Below are positions 34,664 through 44,151 of a stretch of DNA of 64,000 bases, piece after piece (within the stretch, counting starts at the first letter, position 1; each line of letters starts with the position of its first letter). A program made the position numbers and the translations under genes. Under the pieces are notes generated by a model, which worked only from the letters and a program-made list of their open reading frames with translations, did no database searches and had not been told where the DNA came from. The DNA is taken from the NCBI GenBank assembly GCA_964532425.1, contig CAZHIA010000001.1, forward strand, positions 270,846-334,845. The letters are read 5' to 3'. This DNA comes from an uncultured Candidatus Saccharibacteria bacterium. GTDB taxonomy: Bacteria; Patescibacteriota; Doudnabacteria; UBA920.

Positions 34664-35731
34664 ATGATCAGCATCCCCTTAGACCAACTGCAAAAGTCCA
34701 TTCAAAATCCGGCTCTCGACCCCGAGGAGCAGCGGTTATTGCTCAAGGCGGCTCCCGAGCTCGGTCCGAATGTCGGACTGTACCTGTTCCGCAAGGCAAC
34801 GGCGTACGATTTTGATATTTATGCCCACTCGGTCTTTCGTGCGGTGTTTGATAGTTTTATTGCCCTGCGGGCGCTGAAAGACGGGGATTTGGAATTTGTG
34901 GCCGGCTTCCTGCAGACTTCCCGAAAAAAAACCTACTATGAAAACGGCAAGCAGATCCTGCCGCTCGCACTCGACCTTTCCTACCTCATTTTTACGCGTA
35001 AGTTTTCGCCGAGCCATGAGTTTCTGGAGGTCCTCTATGATTTTGAATCCGCATTTTTCCAATTCCTCCCTTCGGAAGAAATAGAACGCATCGTACAATA
35101 CAATCTTCTCGCGTATGCCAGGCGGCTGGATTTGCTTTATGAATTCAAGAAGCTGGCCCTGGTCTCGAGCGGTGATCCGGAGTGGGGAGCCGCATATAAC
35201 ACCCACTTGCAGAATAACAGCGAAGTCCTTGGGCAAAAAGAGATCACCGTAAGCGGCAAGCGCGTTTCTCCGACCATAAAGAATTGGCTGCTGGATTATG
35301 TAGCAGAGGTCCCAAAAGCCCTGGACCAGCGCGGGGCATATGACCAGGTTCAGTATATGCGGGTTTCCCAAAATGTCGTCCTGCTGACTATTAATGAGCG
35401 GGCGATCTTACTCGAGATTCTGAAATTGTACCAATGGTTTATGCAACCGGTTGTGACTGAGCATGAAATCGAGACGTACGAAGAGGAGCGGGCGAAGCAA
35501 TTGCGGGCTGCAGCGGAGGTTGCAGCAACCGCGCCACCGCCCATCGTGCCCACGGTTAATAATCTCGAAGTTTTGGCGACCGGCAATCGGGGCCAGAATG
35601 TGGCAGCCGGGCTTGATCTTGGAGGATTGCGGAATGTAAACATTCCGCCAACCCGCCAAGTGGCCAGAGCGGAAGCGCCTCAAAGCGCTATCGATAGAAA
35701 ACTTGAGGAATTAAGAAAGAAGGTGCAATAA
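34664..35731 (+). CDS. Hypothetical protein in the T4SS-like cluster
   Basis: 355-aa ORF in operon; PTIKNWLLDY motif. Confidence 0.75.
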   Translation: MISIPLDQLQKSIQNPALDPEEQRLLLKAAPELGPNVGLYLFRKATAYDFDIYAHSVFRAVFDSFIALRALKDGDLEFVAGFLQTSRKKTYYENGKQILPLALDLSYLIFTRKFSPSHEFLEVLYDFESAFFQFLPSEEIERIVQYNLLAYARRLDLLYEFKKLALVSSGDPEWGAAYNTHLQNNSEVLGQKEITVSGKRVSPTIKNWLLDYVAEVPKALDQRGAYDQVQYMRVSQNVVLLTINERAILLEILKLYQWFMQPVVTEHEIETYEEERAKQLRAAAEVAATAPPPIVPTVNNLEVLATGNRGQNVAAGLDLGGLRNVNIPPTRQVARAEAPQSAIDRKLEELRKKVQ

Positions 35732-35734
35732 CCC

Positions 35735-36940
35735 ATGCAACCGCAGATTGTAGATAAAATCAAAGCAATGGTCAGATCTTCCGCGCTGCTGGATGCAGCC
35801 GAGCGGACCGAGTGGCTGCAGCTTGTCGACTTAATGAACGACAAGCAGCTGCTTGAATTGCAGCGCATTCTGCAGGCGGCGGAAGACAGGCAGAAAGCCA
35901 TAGATATTCGTCCGACCACAGTTCAGCCGGCTGCCGCCAAGCCGACCCCGTCTGCCCAAGCCATGCATTTGTCGCACATTTTGAATTTGCCGAAGGATGT
36001 GAGAGGAATGCAAGGAAAGCCTGCAGGGGCCGCCCCGGCTCGCCCAACAGAAACTGCATCGGCTGCCCAGCCACAGCGACCGCCGATTGCAGCCGACAAG
36101 CCTGGCAAGTCGTTGTCGCTGAAAGATTTCTTGAATGAGAAAGAACTGCCCCCCGGCCATCCGGAAAACGAGCTCGAGATTCCGGCGCATTTTGACGGGC
36201 AAAATTCTTCCGGAACAGTCAAGCCGGGTCCGGCTGCGATGCCGGTGAAACCGACGCTTCCTTCATCAGTTACGCGCCAGCCGGGTATGTCGCTTTCGGA
36301 TAAGCCCGCTCCGGCTAAAACAGAGCAGACAGGCAAGCTAGCCGTTGCTCCGCTCATACCAGCTCCTCCCACACCGAAGCAGCCGGTAACCAAACCAGAG
36401 GTTGCTGATCATCCGATGGTAATAAAATCAGTGGAAGAGATTAATGCCTTAAAGAGTCCTGCGGCAAAAGCTGCGAGCCAGGAGCAGGCAGCTGTCCGGC
36501 CGGGTATTAAGGACACGAAAATTTATTTGGACGCAAAACTCAGCGCGCCCAAGCCGGTACACGTGGATCTGGCAGCCGATGTCGGGCTTCCGGCAGATCA
36601 GTCAGCAGCAGCGAGGGCTGCCCAAGCGGCCGCAACCGGCAACCAGTTAAAGACTTTGGATGACATTCAAAAGTTGACGCCGCCGGTCTGGCGCGCGTAT
36701 CCTCCTGGTGAATTTTTAGACAGGATCAAGGGGCTGGTTATCCGATACGGGTACCATGACGTGATCTTCAATTTCGAAAGAAGTCCGCTCCACCAGTCTT
36801 ACATTGACACCGGTTTGAAAATACTTCATGGACGCGTCAGCTTTGAAGCGCTGGGAGAAGAGGTTCCTGGTGCACAATATCTCTCCCGCCAGGAGTTCGA
36901 AAAACTGGTGGATGTGTTAAGACAGATACAGGCTGCATAA
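35735..36940 (+). CDS. Hypothetical Pro/Ala-rich protein in the T4SS-like cluster
   Basis: 401-aa ORF; helical N- and C-termini (SPLHQSY..G...LSRQEFE) joined by a disordered linker. Confidence 0.75.
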   Translation: MQPQIVDKIKAMVRSSALLDAAERTEWLQLVDLMNDKQLLELQRILQAAEDRQKAIDIRPTTVQPAAAKPTPSAQAMHLSHILNLPKDVRGMQGKPAGAAPARPTETASAAQPQRPPIAADKPGKSLSLKDFLNEKELPPGHPENELEIPAHFDGQNSSGTVKPGPAAMPVKPTLPSSVTRQPGMSLSDKPAPAKTEQTGKLAVAPLIPAPPTPKQPVTKPEVADHPMVIKSVEEINALKSPAAKAASQEQAAVRPGIKDTKIYLDAKLSAPKPVHVDLAADVGLPADQSAAARAAQAAATGNQLKTLDDIQKLTPPVWRAYPPGEFLDRIKGLVIRYGYHDVIFNFERSPLHQSYIDTGLKILHGRVSFEALGEEVPGAQYLSRQEFEKLVDVLRQIQAA

Positions 36941-37085
36941 CGCATGGTATAATGACTTAGTGGACGTATCATGCAAAAACTGCAAAATGTTTGTGTAAAA
37001 CCTTTTTACTCGCCTGGTCAACATTTGACCGCAGACGTCCCATGTCAATTGTCAAAGGTTAATTGTCAAATGTAGCTCAACTCCT

Positions 37086-37535
37086 ATGCAATACCCAGTC
37101 CCACAATTCACTGATGTGGAAGACAAGTTGATCGGCTCCCTGACCGTTAAGCAGTTCGGGATTATTTTCGGCGCGGGCGTGGTGGTATTTTTAGGGTACT
37201 CGGCGACCAAAAGCATTCCTGTACTAGTAGTGATGATCCTGCTTGTAGGCCTGCCGGCTATTGGGCTTGCTTTTGCCCCGTTTAATGGCCGTCCGATGTA
37301 CCGAATGTTGCCGTATATTTTCAGGTTTATGACCTCTCCGAAAATGCTTATTTTTCATAAGGAAGCCAACGATTTAGGTGCAGCCACGACCGTCAGAGAT
37401 GCCGAGTTAAAGAGCGGAGAAGGGCAAGCAGCTCCAAAGCTGTCGAGCAGTGAATCCAAGAACCGCCTGATGGAAATAAATCGGACGTTGGAAGAACAAG
37501 CCGCGGAGGAAGAACAACTGCTCAAGAGATTGTAG
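37086..37535 (+). CDS. PrgI family protein (VirB3-like)
   Basis: MQYPVPQFTDVEDKLIGSLTVKQF...two TMs...NGRP. Confidence 0.88.
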   Translation: MQYPVPQFTDVEDKLIGSLTVKQFGIIFGAGVVVFLGYSATKSIPVLVVMILLVGLPAIGLAFAPFNGRPMYRMLPYIFRFMTSPKMLIFHKEANDLGAATTVRDAELKSGEGQAAPKLSSSESKNRLMEINRTLEEQAAEEEQLLKRL

Positions 37536-37556
37536 AATATATAATATTTGAACGTT

Positions 37557-38243
37557 ATGGCATTCGACATGGAGAAAAAAGATAAGATCTCGGGCAGCAC
37601 TAAGACGACGCAGAGCTTTTTGCGGCTGAGTGAGATTAAAAATGACTCGGTTGTCATGGATGACGGCACACTCAGGGCTGTGATTGCCGTTTCCAGTACG
37701 AATTTCGATCTTAAAAGCCAAGACGAACAGAATGCCATTATTTTCAACTTCCAGCGCTTTCTGAATTCTTTAGAATTCCCGGTCCAGATCCTGATGCAGA
37801 GCCGAAAGGTTGAGGTGGGGAGCTATATTGAAAAGCTTAAGCGCATTGCCGAGCGCCAGTCCAATGAACTTCTTCGCGTTCAGACTAATGAATATATAGA
37901 GTTCATCAACCGGCTTATAGAAAATGCCAGCATTATGAACAAGAATTTTTATATTATTGTCCCGCTTGGTCAAAGTATTTTTCCGCCGGCATCAGGTTTC
38001 TTTGGCAGGCTATTCGGCGGTGCACACAAAGAAGCGGCTGCCCGCATCGAAAACTTTGAGCGTGAAAAGATAGAATTGGATACGCGGATCAACCAGGTGG
38101 TTTCAAGCTTAGGAGGAATCGGCATCCGCGGCGTACGCCTGAAGACCGAAGAGATTATCCAGCTGTACTACAATTCATATAATTTTGAAGCCGGTCCGGT
38201 TATTGACCCCAGTCAATTGAAAGACGTAAAAATAGTCGAGTAA
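37557..38243 (+). CDS. TraC/TrsD-like conjugation-cluster protein
   Basis: TQSFL...EIK...V....G.LRAVI.VSS.NFDLKS.DEQ..I...FQ.FLNSLEFPVQI. Confidence 0.8.
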   Translation: MAFDMEKKDKISGSTKTTQSFLRLSEIKNDSVVMDDGTLRAVIAVSSTNFDLKSQDEQNAIIFNFQRFLNSLEFPVQILMQSRKVEVGSYIEKLKRIAERQSNELLRVQTNEYIEFINRLIENASIMNKNFYIIVPLGQSIFPPASGFFGRLFGGAHKEAAARIENFEREKIELDTRINQVVSSLGGIGIRGVRLKTEEIIQLYYNSYNFEAGPVIDPSQLKDVKIVE

Positions 38244-38250
38244 CCTCACT

Positions 38251-41200
38251 ATGTCCCTTTTTAAACCAAAATCACAAAATGACAGTGTCACCTCTTCCGA
38301 CTCGTTAACAGGGTCAAATTTCACAGTGCCCCAAGAACCGCCAATGCAGGCGGCGTCTCCGCGCACCTTTACCGGAAACGGAGGAGTACCGGTCCGCAAA
38401 CGCAAACTTATGGCACCTCAGGAGCCGCAGCCGGTAGAGCCGGAGTCATTCACACCCGCAGCGCGGCCTGCTGCCGTGACGCAACCAGAGCAGGCTCCGG
38501 CACAGCCGGAAGTTGCCTCAGTTCCAACACCTGTTCCTGCCACCTCGCCGTCAAAGTTTGAAGCGGCCGTTCCTGCGCCGGTTATAGAGCCGCCTGCGCC
38601 GATTATTGAGCCCGTGCCGGCAGCAAAGCCAGAGCCAGTAACCGCGTCTTTTGAACCGTCAGAAATACTCGAAGTTCCGGCGGCAATCCCCGAAAATGTT
38701 CCCGTGAATATACAAAGCGATGTGCGAGAGTCAGATGATTCACAGGCTGTCGTTCCGCAGCTTGAGCCGATTATTCCCGCCTATGCCGAATCGGTGCCTG
38801 CCCTGGAGCCCGAGGTATCAAAAGCCCAGCCTGCAGTAATACAACCCCAGCCCGCATTTGAGCGCTCGGTTTCGGCGCCTGAAGAACGTGGGGATTTCGC
38901 AGCGGCTAGTCAAGCCGTTGAGCCGCAAGACCTGCAGGAGCCAGAACCACAAGCCGATGTACAGCCGCAGACAAGAGAGGTTCGCATACAACCAGGGAAG
39001 CCGGGACTGGCCGGTTCGCTCCGCAATATATTGAAGAAAGCCAAGCCGATGCCAGCCCCCGTCATTGAGGAGCGTGTGGCTCAGCCCTCGGCTTTGAGGC
39101 CTATGAGCAAGCGAAAACCGGCTATACGGGAACCGGAACAGGTGGCAGATGCCGATATGAGCCAAGACTACCAGCCGGTTATTCAACAACCGGTGCGCAG
39201 GCAGCCTGCTCCGGCCAGAAATATGCCAATTCGTCCCCAACAGAACCGTACCATTCGCAGGCCGCAGGTTGCCGTGGAAAATTTTGATAATGGCGGGGAG
39301 CCTGCAGTTGATGCAGATGGACAGCTTTTCGAACAGCCGCAAGAGGTGCAGCCGGAATATCGGCCCGCGCGGCCAATGAAGCCCCAGCGTCCGGTTATGC
39401 GTCCGCATATTTCCATACCACAAGACATCGAAACCCAGGAGGAAGTTGCTCCTGAAGAATTCGTGCCGGCTGGAAGAACGAGAAGCAGGTACCCGGAAGC
39501 GGACATGGAAACTGACCAGGGGGACGCTGCTTCCGATGAAATGGAAACGCAGGAGACCGATTCAGGCTATGCGGAAGAGGAAGTAACCGAACGGCGCATG
39601 CCGCCGGCCCGTATGCGGCGCCCGGTGGAATCGTATCGCCAGCAGCGTCGACCTACCACCGCGGGTATGTCCCGGCGCCAGGCTGCCCCCAAGAGTTTTG
39701 GGGTCAAGGAAAAAGCCAGTGCGCCGGATGGTATTTTTGGCACGTTCTTCAAGCAAAAATCGCGGGAAGAAATTGAGGCCCAAAAACGAAAGCTGGAAAA
39801 ACTTGAAGAAGAAAAGAACGCTTCCAAGCGGCTCGGCGATATTGAGAAGACATATAAGGAAGGCCTGACTACATTGAAGGATCTTCTGGCGCCGGCCTCG
39901 CTCAAATTCGAGAGTTCATATTTCGAATTGAACGGAAGGTTCGGTAGAAGCTTTTTCGTGCTGACTTATCCGCGCTTTTTATCATCCAATTGGCTGTCAT
40001 TTATCATCCAGTCAGAAGGCGCTCTCGATGTTTCGATGTTCATATATCCGATCGATTCAGAAACGATCCTTAAGAAGCTTAAGTCAAAAGTCGGTGAGAT
40101 CGGTTCGCAAATAGCCATTAACCAGGAAAAAGGCATGGTCCGCGATCCGATGCTCGAGACGGCGTATAATGACGTAGAGAGTCTGCGCGACGACCTCATG
40201 CAGGGAACGGAAAAATATTTCCGTTTCGCCCTCTATTTTACCCTGTACGCCAGCGACCTGCAGGAACTGGATAAGAATTCGGCTACTTTGGAAAGCGCTC
40301 TGGGAGCCAAACTGATCGTGACCAAGCGGGCGCTGATGCAGACCCAGGACGGGTTCAATTCTACGCTGCCGCTGGGACTCGATGACTTGGATGTTGCCAA
40401 TAACATGAATACGAGCCCGCTCTCTACCGTTTTTCCGTTCGTGTCTTCCGACCTGACCGGCAATGACGGTATCTTGTACGGCATTAATCGTCATAACAAC
40501 AGCCTTATTTTGTTCGACCGGTTCGCCATGGAAAACGCGAATTCGGTTGTGTTCGCCAAGTCCGGTGCGGGGAAATCTTACGCGGTCAAACTCGAAGTGC
40601 TGCGTAGTCTCATGGTTGGTACGGATGTCATTATTATCGACCCGGAAAATGAATACAAGCATCTGGCCGATGCGGTCGGTGGCACGTATTTGAGTGTGTC
40701 CTTAAACGCCCAATCGCGCATTAATCCGTTCGATCTGCCCATAGGCCTTGAAGGGGAAGATGGTGCCGATATTTTGCGGTCAGCCGTGGTCAACTTACTC
40801 GGTCTGTTTAACTTGATGCTCGGCAAGCTCAATCCTACGGAAGAAGCCTTGATGGATAAGGCTATTTGGCAGACATACGCTAAAAAGGATATTACCGAAA
40901 ATTCGGATTTCCGCATGGTCGAGTACCCGACCATGAACGATCTGGTAGAGATTCTGGAGGGTATGGTCGGGGCAGAAAGCCTGGCTCAGCGCTTGTCCAA
41001 ATATACCGAAGGCACGTTTGCCGGGTTGTTCAACCAGCCGACGAACGTGGTACTCAACAACCAATTGGTGGTATTTTCCATTCGCGATCTTGAAGACGAG
41101 CTGCGCCCCATTGCCATGTATATCGTACTCAACTATATTTGGAACGCCATCCGTTCGGAGCTGAAGAAGCGCATCTTGGCGGTGGATGAAGCCTGGATCC

Positions 41201-41577
41201 TTATGCAGCATGAGGACAGCGCGCGTTTTCTATTTTCCATTGCCAAGCGCGGCCGCAAATACTACATGGGTCTGACGACCATTACCCAGGACGTGGCGGA
41301 CTTTATGGCAAGCCCGTATGGCAAGCCGATTGTGACCAACTCTTCCATTCAGTTGCTGTTAAAGCAGAGCCCAGCCGCCATTAATGTGATTGCGGAAACG
41401 TTCTTCTTGACTGAAGGGGAAAAGTACCTGCTGCTGGAAAGCGAAGTGGGGGAGGGGATCTTCTTTGCGGGTCTCAAACACGCGGCAATCAAGATATATG
41501 CTTCATATGTTGAGGACCAGATTATTACGACCGACCCCAAGCAGTTGCTGGAACAGGAACAACAGCAGGAACAGTGA
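38251..41577 (+). CDS. VirB4-like (DUF87/TraG-type) ATPase with about 490-aa disordered N-terminal extension
   Basis: GILYGIN, N.NSVVFAKSGAGKS (Walker A), IIDPENEY, INPFD, VDEAW (Walker B), KRGRKY, ITQD. Confidence 0.92.
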   Translation: MSLFKPKSQNDSVTSSDSLTGSNFTVPQEPPMQAASPRTFTGNGGVPVRKRKLMAPQEPQPVEPESFTPAARPAAVTQPEQAPAQPEVASVPTPVPATSPSKFEAAVPAPVIEPPAPIIEPVPAAKPEPVTASFEPSEILEVPAAIPENVPVNIQSDVRESDDSQAVVPQLEPIIPAYAESVPALEPEVSKAQPAVIQPQPAFERSVSAPEERGDFAAASQAVEPQDLQEPEPQADVQPQTREVRIQPGKPGLAGSLRNILKKAKPMPAPVIEERVAQPSALRPMSKRKPAIREPEQVADADMSQDYQPVIQQPVRRQPAPARNMPIRPQQNRTIRRPQVAVENFDNGGEPAVDADGQLFEQPQEVQPEYRPARPMKPQRPVMRPHISIPQDIETQEEVAPEEFVPAGRTRSRYPEADMETDQGDAASDEMETQETDSGYAEEEVTERRMPPARMRRPVESYRQQRRPTTAGMSRRQAAPKSFGVKEKASAPDGIFGTFFKQKSREEIEAQKRKLEKLEEEKNASKRLGDIEKTYKEGLTTLKDLLAPASLKFESSYFELNGRFGRSFFVLTYPRFLSSNWLSFIIQSEGALDVSMFIYPIDSETILKKLKSKVGEIGSQIAINQEKGMVRDPMLETAYNDVESLRDDLMQGTEKYFRFALYFTLYASDLQELDKNSATLESALGAKLIVTKRALMQTQDGFNSTLPLGLDDLDVANNMNTSPLSTVFPFVSSDLTGNDGILYGINRHNNSLILFDRFAMENANSVVFAKSGAGKSYAVKLEVLRSLMVGTDVIIIDPENEYKHLADAVGGTYLSVSLNAQSRINPFDLPIGLEGEDGADILRSAVVNLLGLFNLMLGKLNPTEEALMDKAIWQTYAKKDITENSDFRMVEYPTMNDLVEILEGMVGAESLAQRLSKYTEGTFAGLFNQPTNVVLNNQLVVFSIRDLEDELRPIAMYIVLNYIWNAIRSELKKRILAVDEAWILMQHEDSARFLFSIAKRGRKYYMGLTTITQDVADFMASPYGKPIVTNSSIQLLLKQSPAAINVIAETFFLTEGEKYLLLESEVGEGIFFAGLKHAAIKIYASYVEDQIITTDPKQLLEQEQQQEQ

Positions 41578-41594
41578 AGCGAGAGATGTCGAAG

Positions 41595-41663
41595 ATAACG
41601 ATAACAATAACTATAAGTATACAATTGTGAAGAGTTATGGTTATACTTATCGTTATTGTTATT
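41595..41663. repeat. Inverted array of 6-mer (ATAAC[G/A]) units
   Basis: GATAACAATAACTATAAGTATA pairs with TATACTTATCGTTATTGTTATT. Confidence 0.7.
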
Positions 41664-41678
41664 TTAATTGGGTAGCGC

Positions 41679-43589
41679 ATGCCGAACGACGATCAGACTA
41701 GTACTGTAATGGATCAAGATACCGACTCTGATGCCGGCGATTTTGGCAATGGAACACCAGGTAGTCAAACGGTATTTCAGCAAGACAATATCCGCACTTC
41801 CCACGCATATGTTAGAAGCGGTGAGAACGAAGAAGAAAAACGGGACAAAGAAAAAGACGAGCGGCCGATCGATAAGGCTCTGCGCCGAGAGGATAACCTG
41901 AATAAGCTTTTTGGAAAAAATCGGAAATCCGAACCGGTAAGGGGAAACGCTTTGCCGGTTTCTAAACCTGGGCAAACAGGTGGTTTGACTCCAAGCGGGG
42001 GGAAAGTTTCCGGTCCTGTGGCTAAGGGAGGGAGTGGTCAGGGATCAGGGGCGGCAACTGCAATAGCTATGGCGCCTTATGCCGCAGGGGTGGCAAAGGA
42101 ACTGGCTAAACATCCTGTAAATTCGACTAAAATTTTGTCCCCAAAGAGTCCTGGAAACCAGCCGGGTATTACTGACCCAAAGAAAGCGGATCCTCTACTT
42201 GAATTACAGGAAGGAAACCGGCAGTTGGAGGCTGAAAAGGAAAGAAGGGACCAGCAGCCGGCAGGTCTACAGCCGGATACTGGCAATGTAAATCGACAAA
42301 CTCCACCCCAAGAAGGTCAAATTGGATTGCCTAAATCTTTGAGAACGGGGCAAATGGATGGCTTGAATTCCTTAAAACGGAATGACCAGGCGCTTTCGGC
42401 GCGTCTTGGCAGTTTGCAGGCCGGGCGCGAACCGAAGGCTGGACAACAAGAGCAAGACAATATGAGACAGTATGCGCCTCCTCCGATTCCAGGCGAGCCG
42501 CGTCCGGCAACCCAGGTGACCGGAAAAGACGGACAACCGGCCCAACCGATTTCTAAAACTGCTCAGAGTGGTGCTTTGGCTGACAGGCAGGTCCCGGAAG
42601 ACGGGGCGGCCACGGCAGCAGAGAAAAAACAAGAGGAAGGGAAGGGTGCGAGCGGTCTTGTGGAGGACCCTGCATTTCAGGCGGCTCAGAATAAAGCACT
42701 CAGCGCAATGGGACCGGAAGGCGCCCTGGCGGCGAAAGTGCTCCAGACCAAAGCCGGGCAGGAATTGGAAGAAAAAGTAGTGGGACAAGCCGTCAAAAGA
42801 GGTTGGTGGTACGGTTTTGGCATTGCATCCGGTGTATTTTTTTCCGGGTTCGATTTCATGGTTGGTGCAATCATCATGGATGCGTACTGGTTTGCTCATC
42901 GCAAGGACAAACAACTCTTTCCGATGAAAGGCTGGCAAAAAGCTGTGACGCTGTTCGCCAATATTGCTCCGCTTTTATACGCGTTGGCGTTGCTGTTTAT
43001 TATTATGTTTACGCTTTGTAATACCTGGTCAACGAAATATGCGATAAAGGGTATTTCTTATTTTAGCGGCAGTACGGACTATTGCCAGTATTTTGATATT
43101 GATACATCGGCTGTTGGTAATTCCGGCGATGCATTGACCTCATTGCCGAATAACGGCGGCACAGGCTTGTGTAAATCCCAGGCATTCGGACCGGCAAGCG
43201 AGAGTACACTGTCGACTTCTTGTTTTGGCGCGAACGCATCCGCGGCTTCTGCCATTGCTGGCGCCGAGAGCGGTGGTGATCCTACTGCCAAGAGTTCAAC
43301 GGATAAGTGTGCGGACGGTAATTCAGTTTCCATCGGCTTGTTCCAGATTAATTTGACCAATCATCAGATTGGCGGTTTGAATTGCCCGGCCGCTTTTACC
43401 AGGCAGTATACGGCTGCTGATCATAGCTGCATCGTGAAAACCGATGCAGTCTCCCAAGCGTTGTATAATAACTGTGTGGCCGCGGCGCAGGATCCTGCCA
43501 ATAACATCCAGGCAGCATGTACCATCTCTTCAAATGGTGCCCATTGGGGGCAGTGGGGAGCAAACAATAAATGCGGTTTTACTCCGTGA
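41679..43589 (+). CDS. Membrane protein with C-terminal Cys-rich lysozyme/lytic-transglycosylase-like domain (VirB1-like)
   Basis: IAGAESGG...SIGLFQIN...DPANNIQAA...W..W = ES/GLxQ SLT motifs; two TMs; disordered N-terminus. Confidence 0.8.
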   Translation: MPNDDQTSTVMDQDTDSDAGDFGNGTPGSQTVFQQDNIRTSHAYVRSGENEEEKRDKEKDERPIDKALRREDNLNKLFGKNRKSEPVRGNALPVSKPGQTGGLTPSGGKVSGPVAKGGSGQGSGAATAIAMAPYAAGVAKELAKHPVNSTKILSPKSPGNQPGITDPKKADPLLELQEGNRQLEAEKERRDQQPAGLQPDTGNVNRQTPPQEGQIGLPKSLRTGQMDGLNSLKRNDQALSARLGSLQAGREPKAGQQEQDNMRQYAPPPIPGEPRPATQVTGKDGQPAQPISKTAQSGALADRQVPEDGAATAAEKKQEEGKGASGLVEDPAFQAAQNKALSAMGPEGALAAKVLQTKAGQELEEKVVGQAVKRGWWYGFGIASGVFFSGFDFMVGAIIMDAYWFAHRKDKQLFPMKGWQKAVTLFANIAPLLYALALLFIIMFTLCNTWSTKYAIKGISYFSGSTDYCQYFDIDTSAVGNSGDALTSLPNNGGTGLCKSQAFGPASESTLSTSCFGANASAASAIAGAESGGDPTAKSSTDKCADGNSVSIGLFQINLTNHQIGGLNCPAAFTRQYTAADHSCIVKTDAVSQALYNNCVAAAQDPANNIQAACTISSNGAHWGQWGANNKCGFTP

Positions 43590-43598
43590 ACGTACGGT

Positions 43599-44039
43599 AT
43601 GAAGCATAAAGCGCTTAAAATTTTTGGAGGCGTGGTTGTAGCCGGTATATTCCTGTACTGCGTGTTCTTGGCAATGCAGCAGAGTCTGGACACAGTTTCG
43701 TCCCGTCTGGGGATTCCGACCGGGTCCGGTATGGTGCGCGTTAAGGATTTTACCGCGCATCCGGTGCAGCAAGTGCAGGATACCCAACTCATCGAACGTA
43801 CAGACCAGTTCAGCATCATGTACTATCCGAAAGAGCAAGCATTCAATATTACCGTAACCGGAAGCCAGATTCGGCAGGCGCGTGCTGCGGCAGAGTCTGA
43901 ATTTCTCCGAATGCTTGACATTGACAAAAACCAGGCCTGCCAGCTGCGCGTGTCGCTTATGGTCCCATATGCGGTAGCGCCAGACCTGGCTGGGCGCAAT
44001 TATGCCTTAAGTTTCTGCAAATCAGGCGTGTTGTTCTAG
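43599..44039 (+). CDS. Hypothetical membrane-anchored protein
   Basis: TM then F.I.Y......F.I......R..AE..FL..L.I....AC.L; two Cys. Confidence 0.75.
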   Translation: MKHKALKIFGGVVVAGIFLYCVFLAMQQSLDTVSSRLGIPTGSGMVRVKDFTAHPVQQVQDTQLIERTDQFSIMYYPKEQAFNITVTGSQIRQARAAAESEFLRMLDIDKNQACQLRVSLMVPYAVAPDLAGRNYALSFCKSGVLF

Positions 44040-44151
44040 ACTGGCGGGCTATGCCTTGAGTATGGTATAATACAATAAAGCGAAACTACATCCCCAACAT
44101 TTGATTATGTCAGAAGGCGGGGCAAACTTAAGCTAAGGATACAAAAATCAT

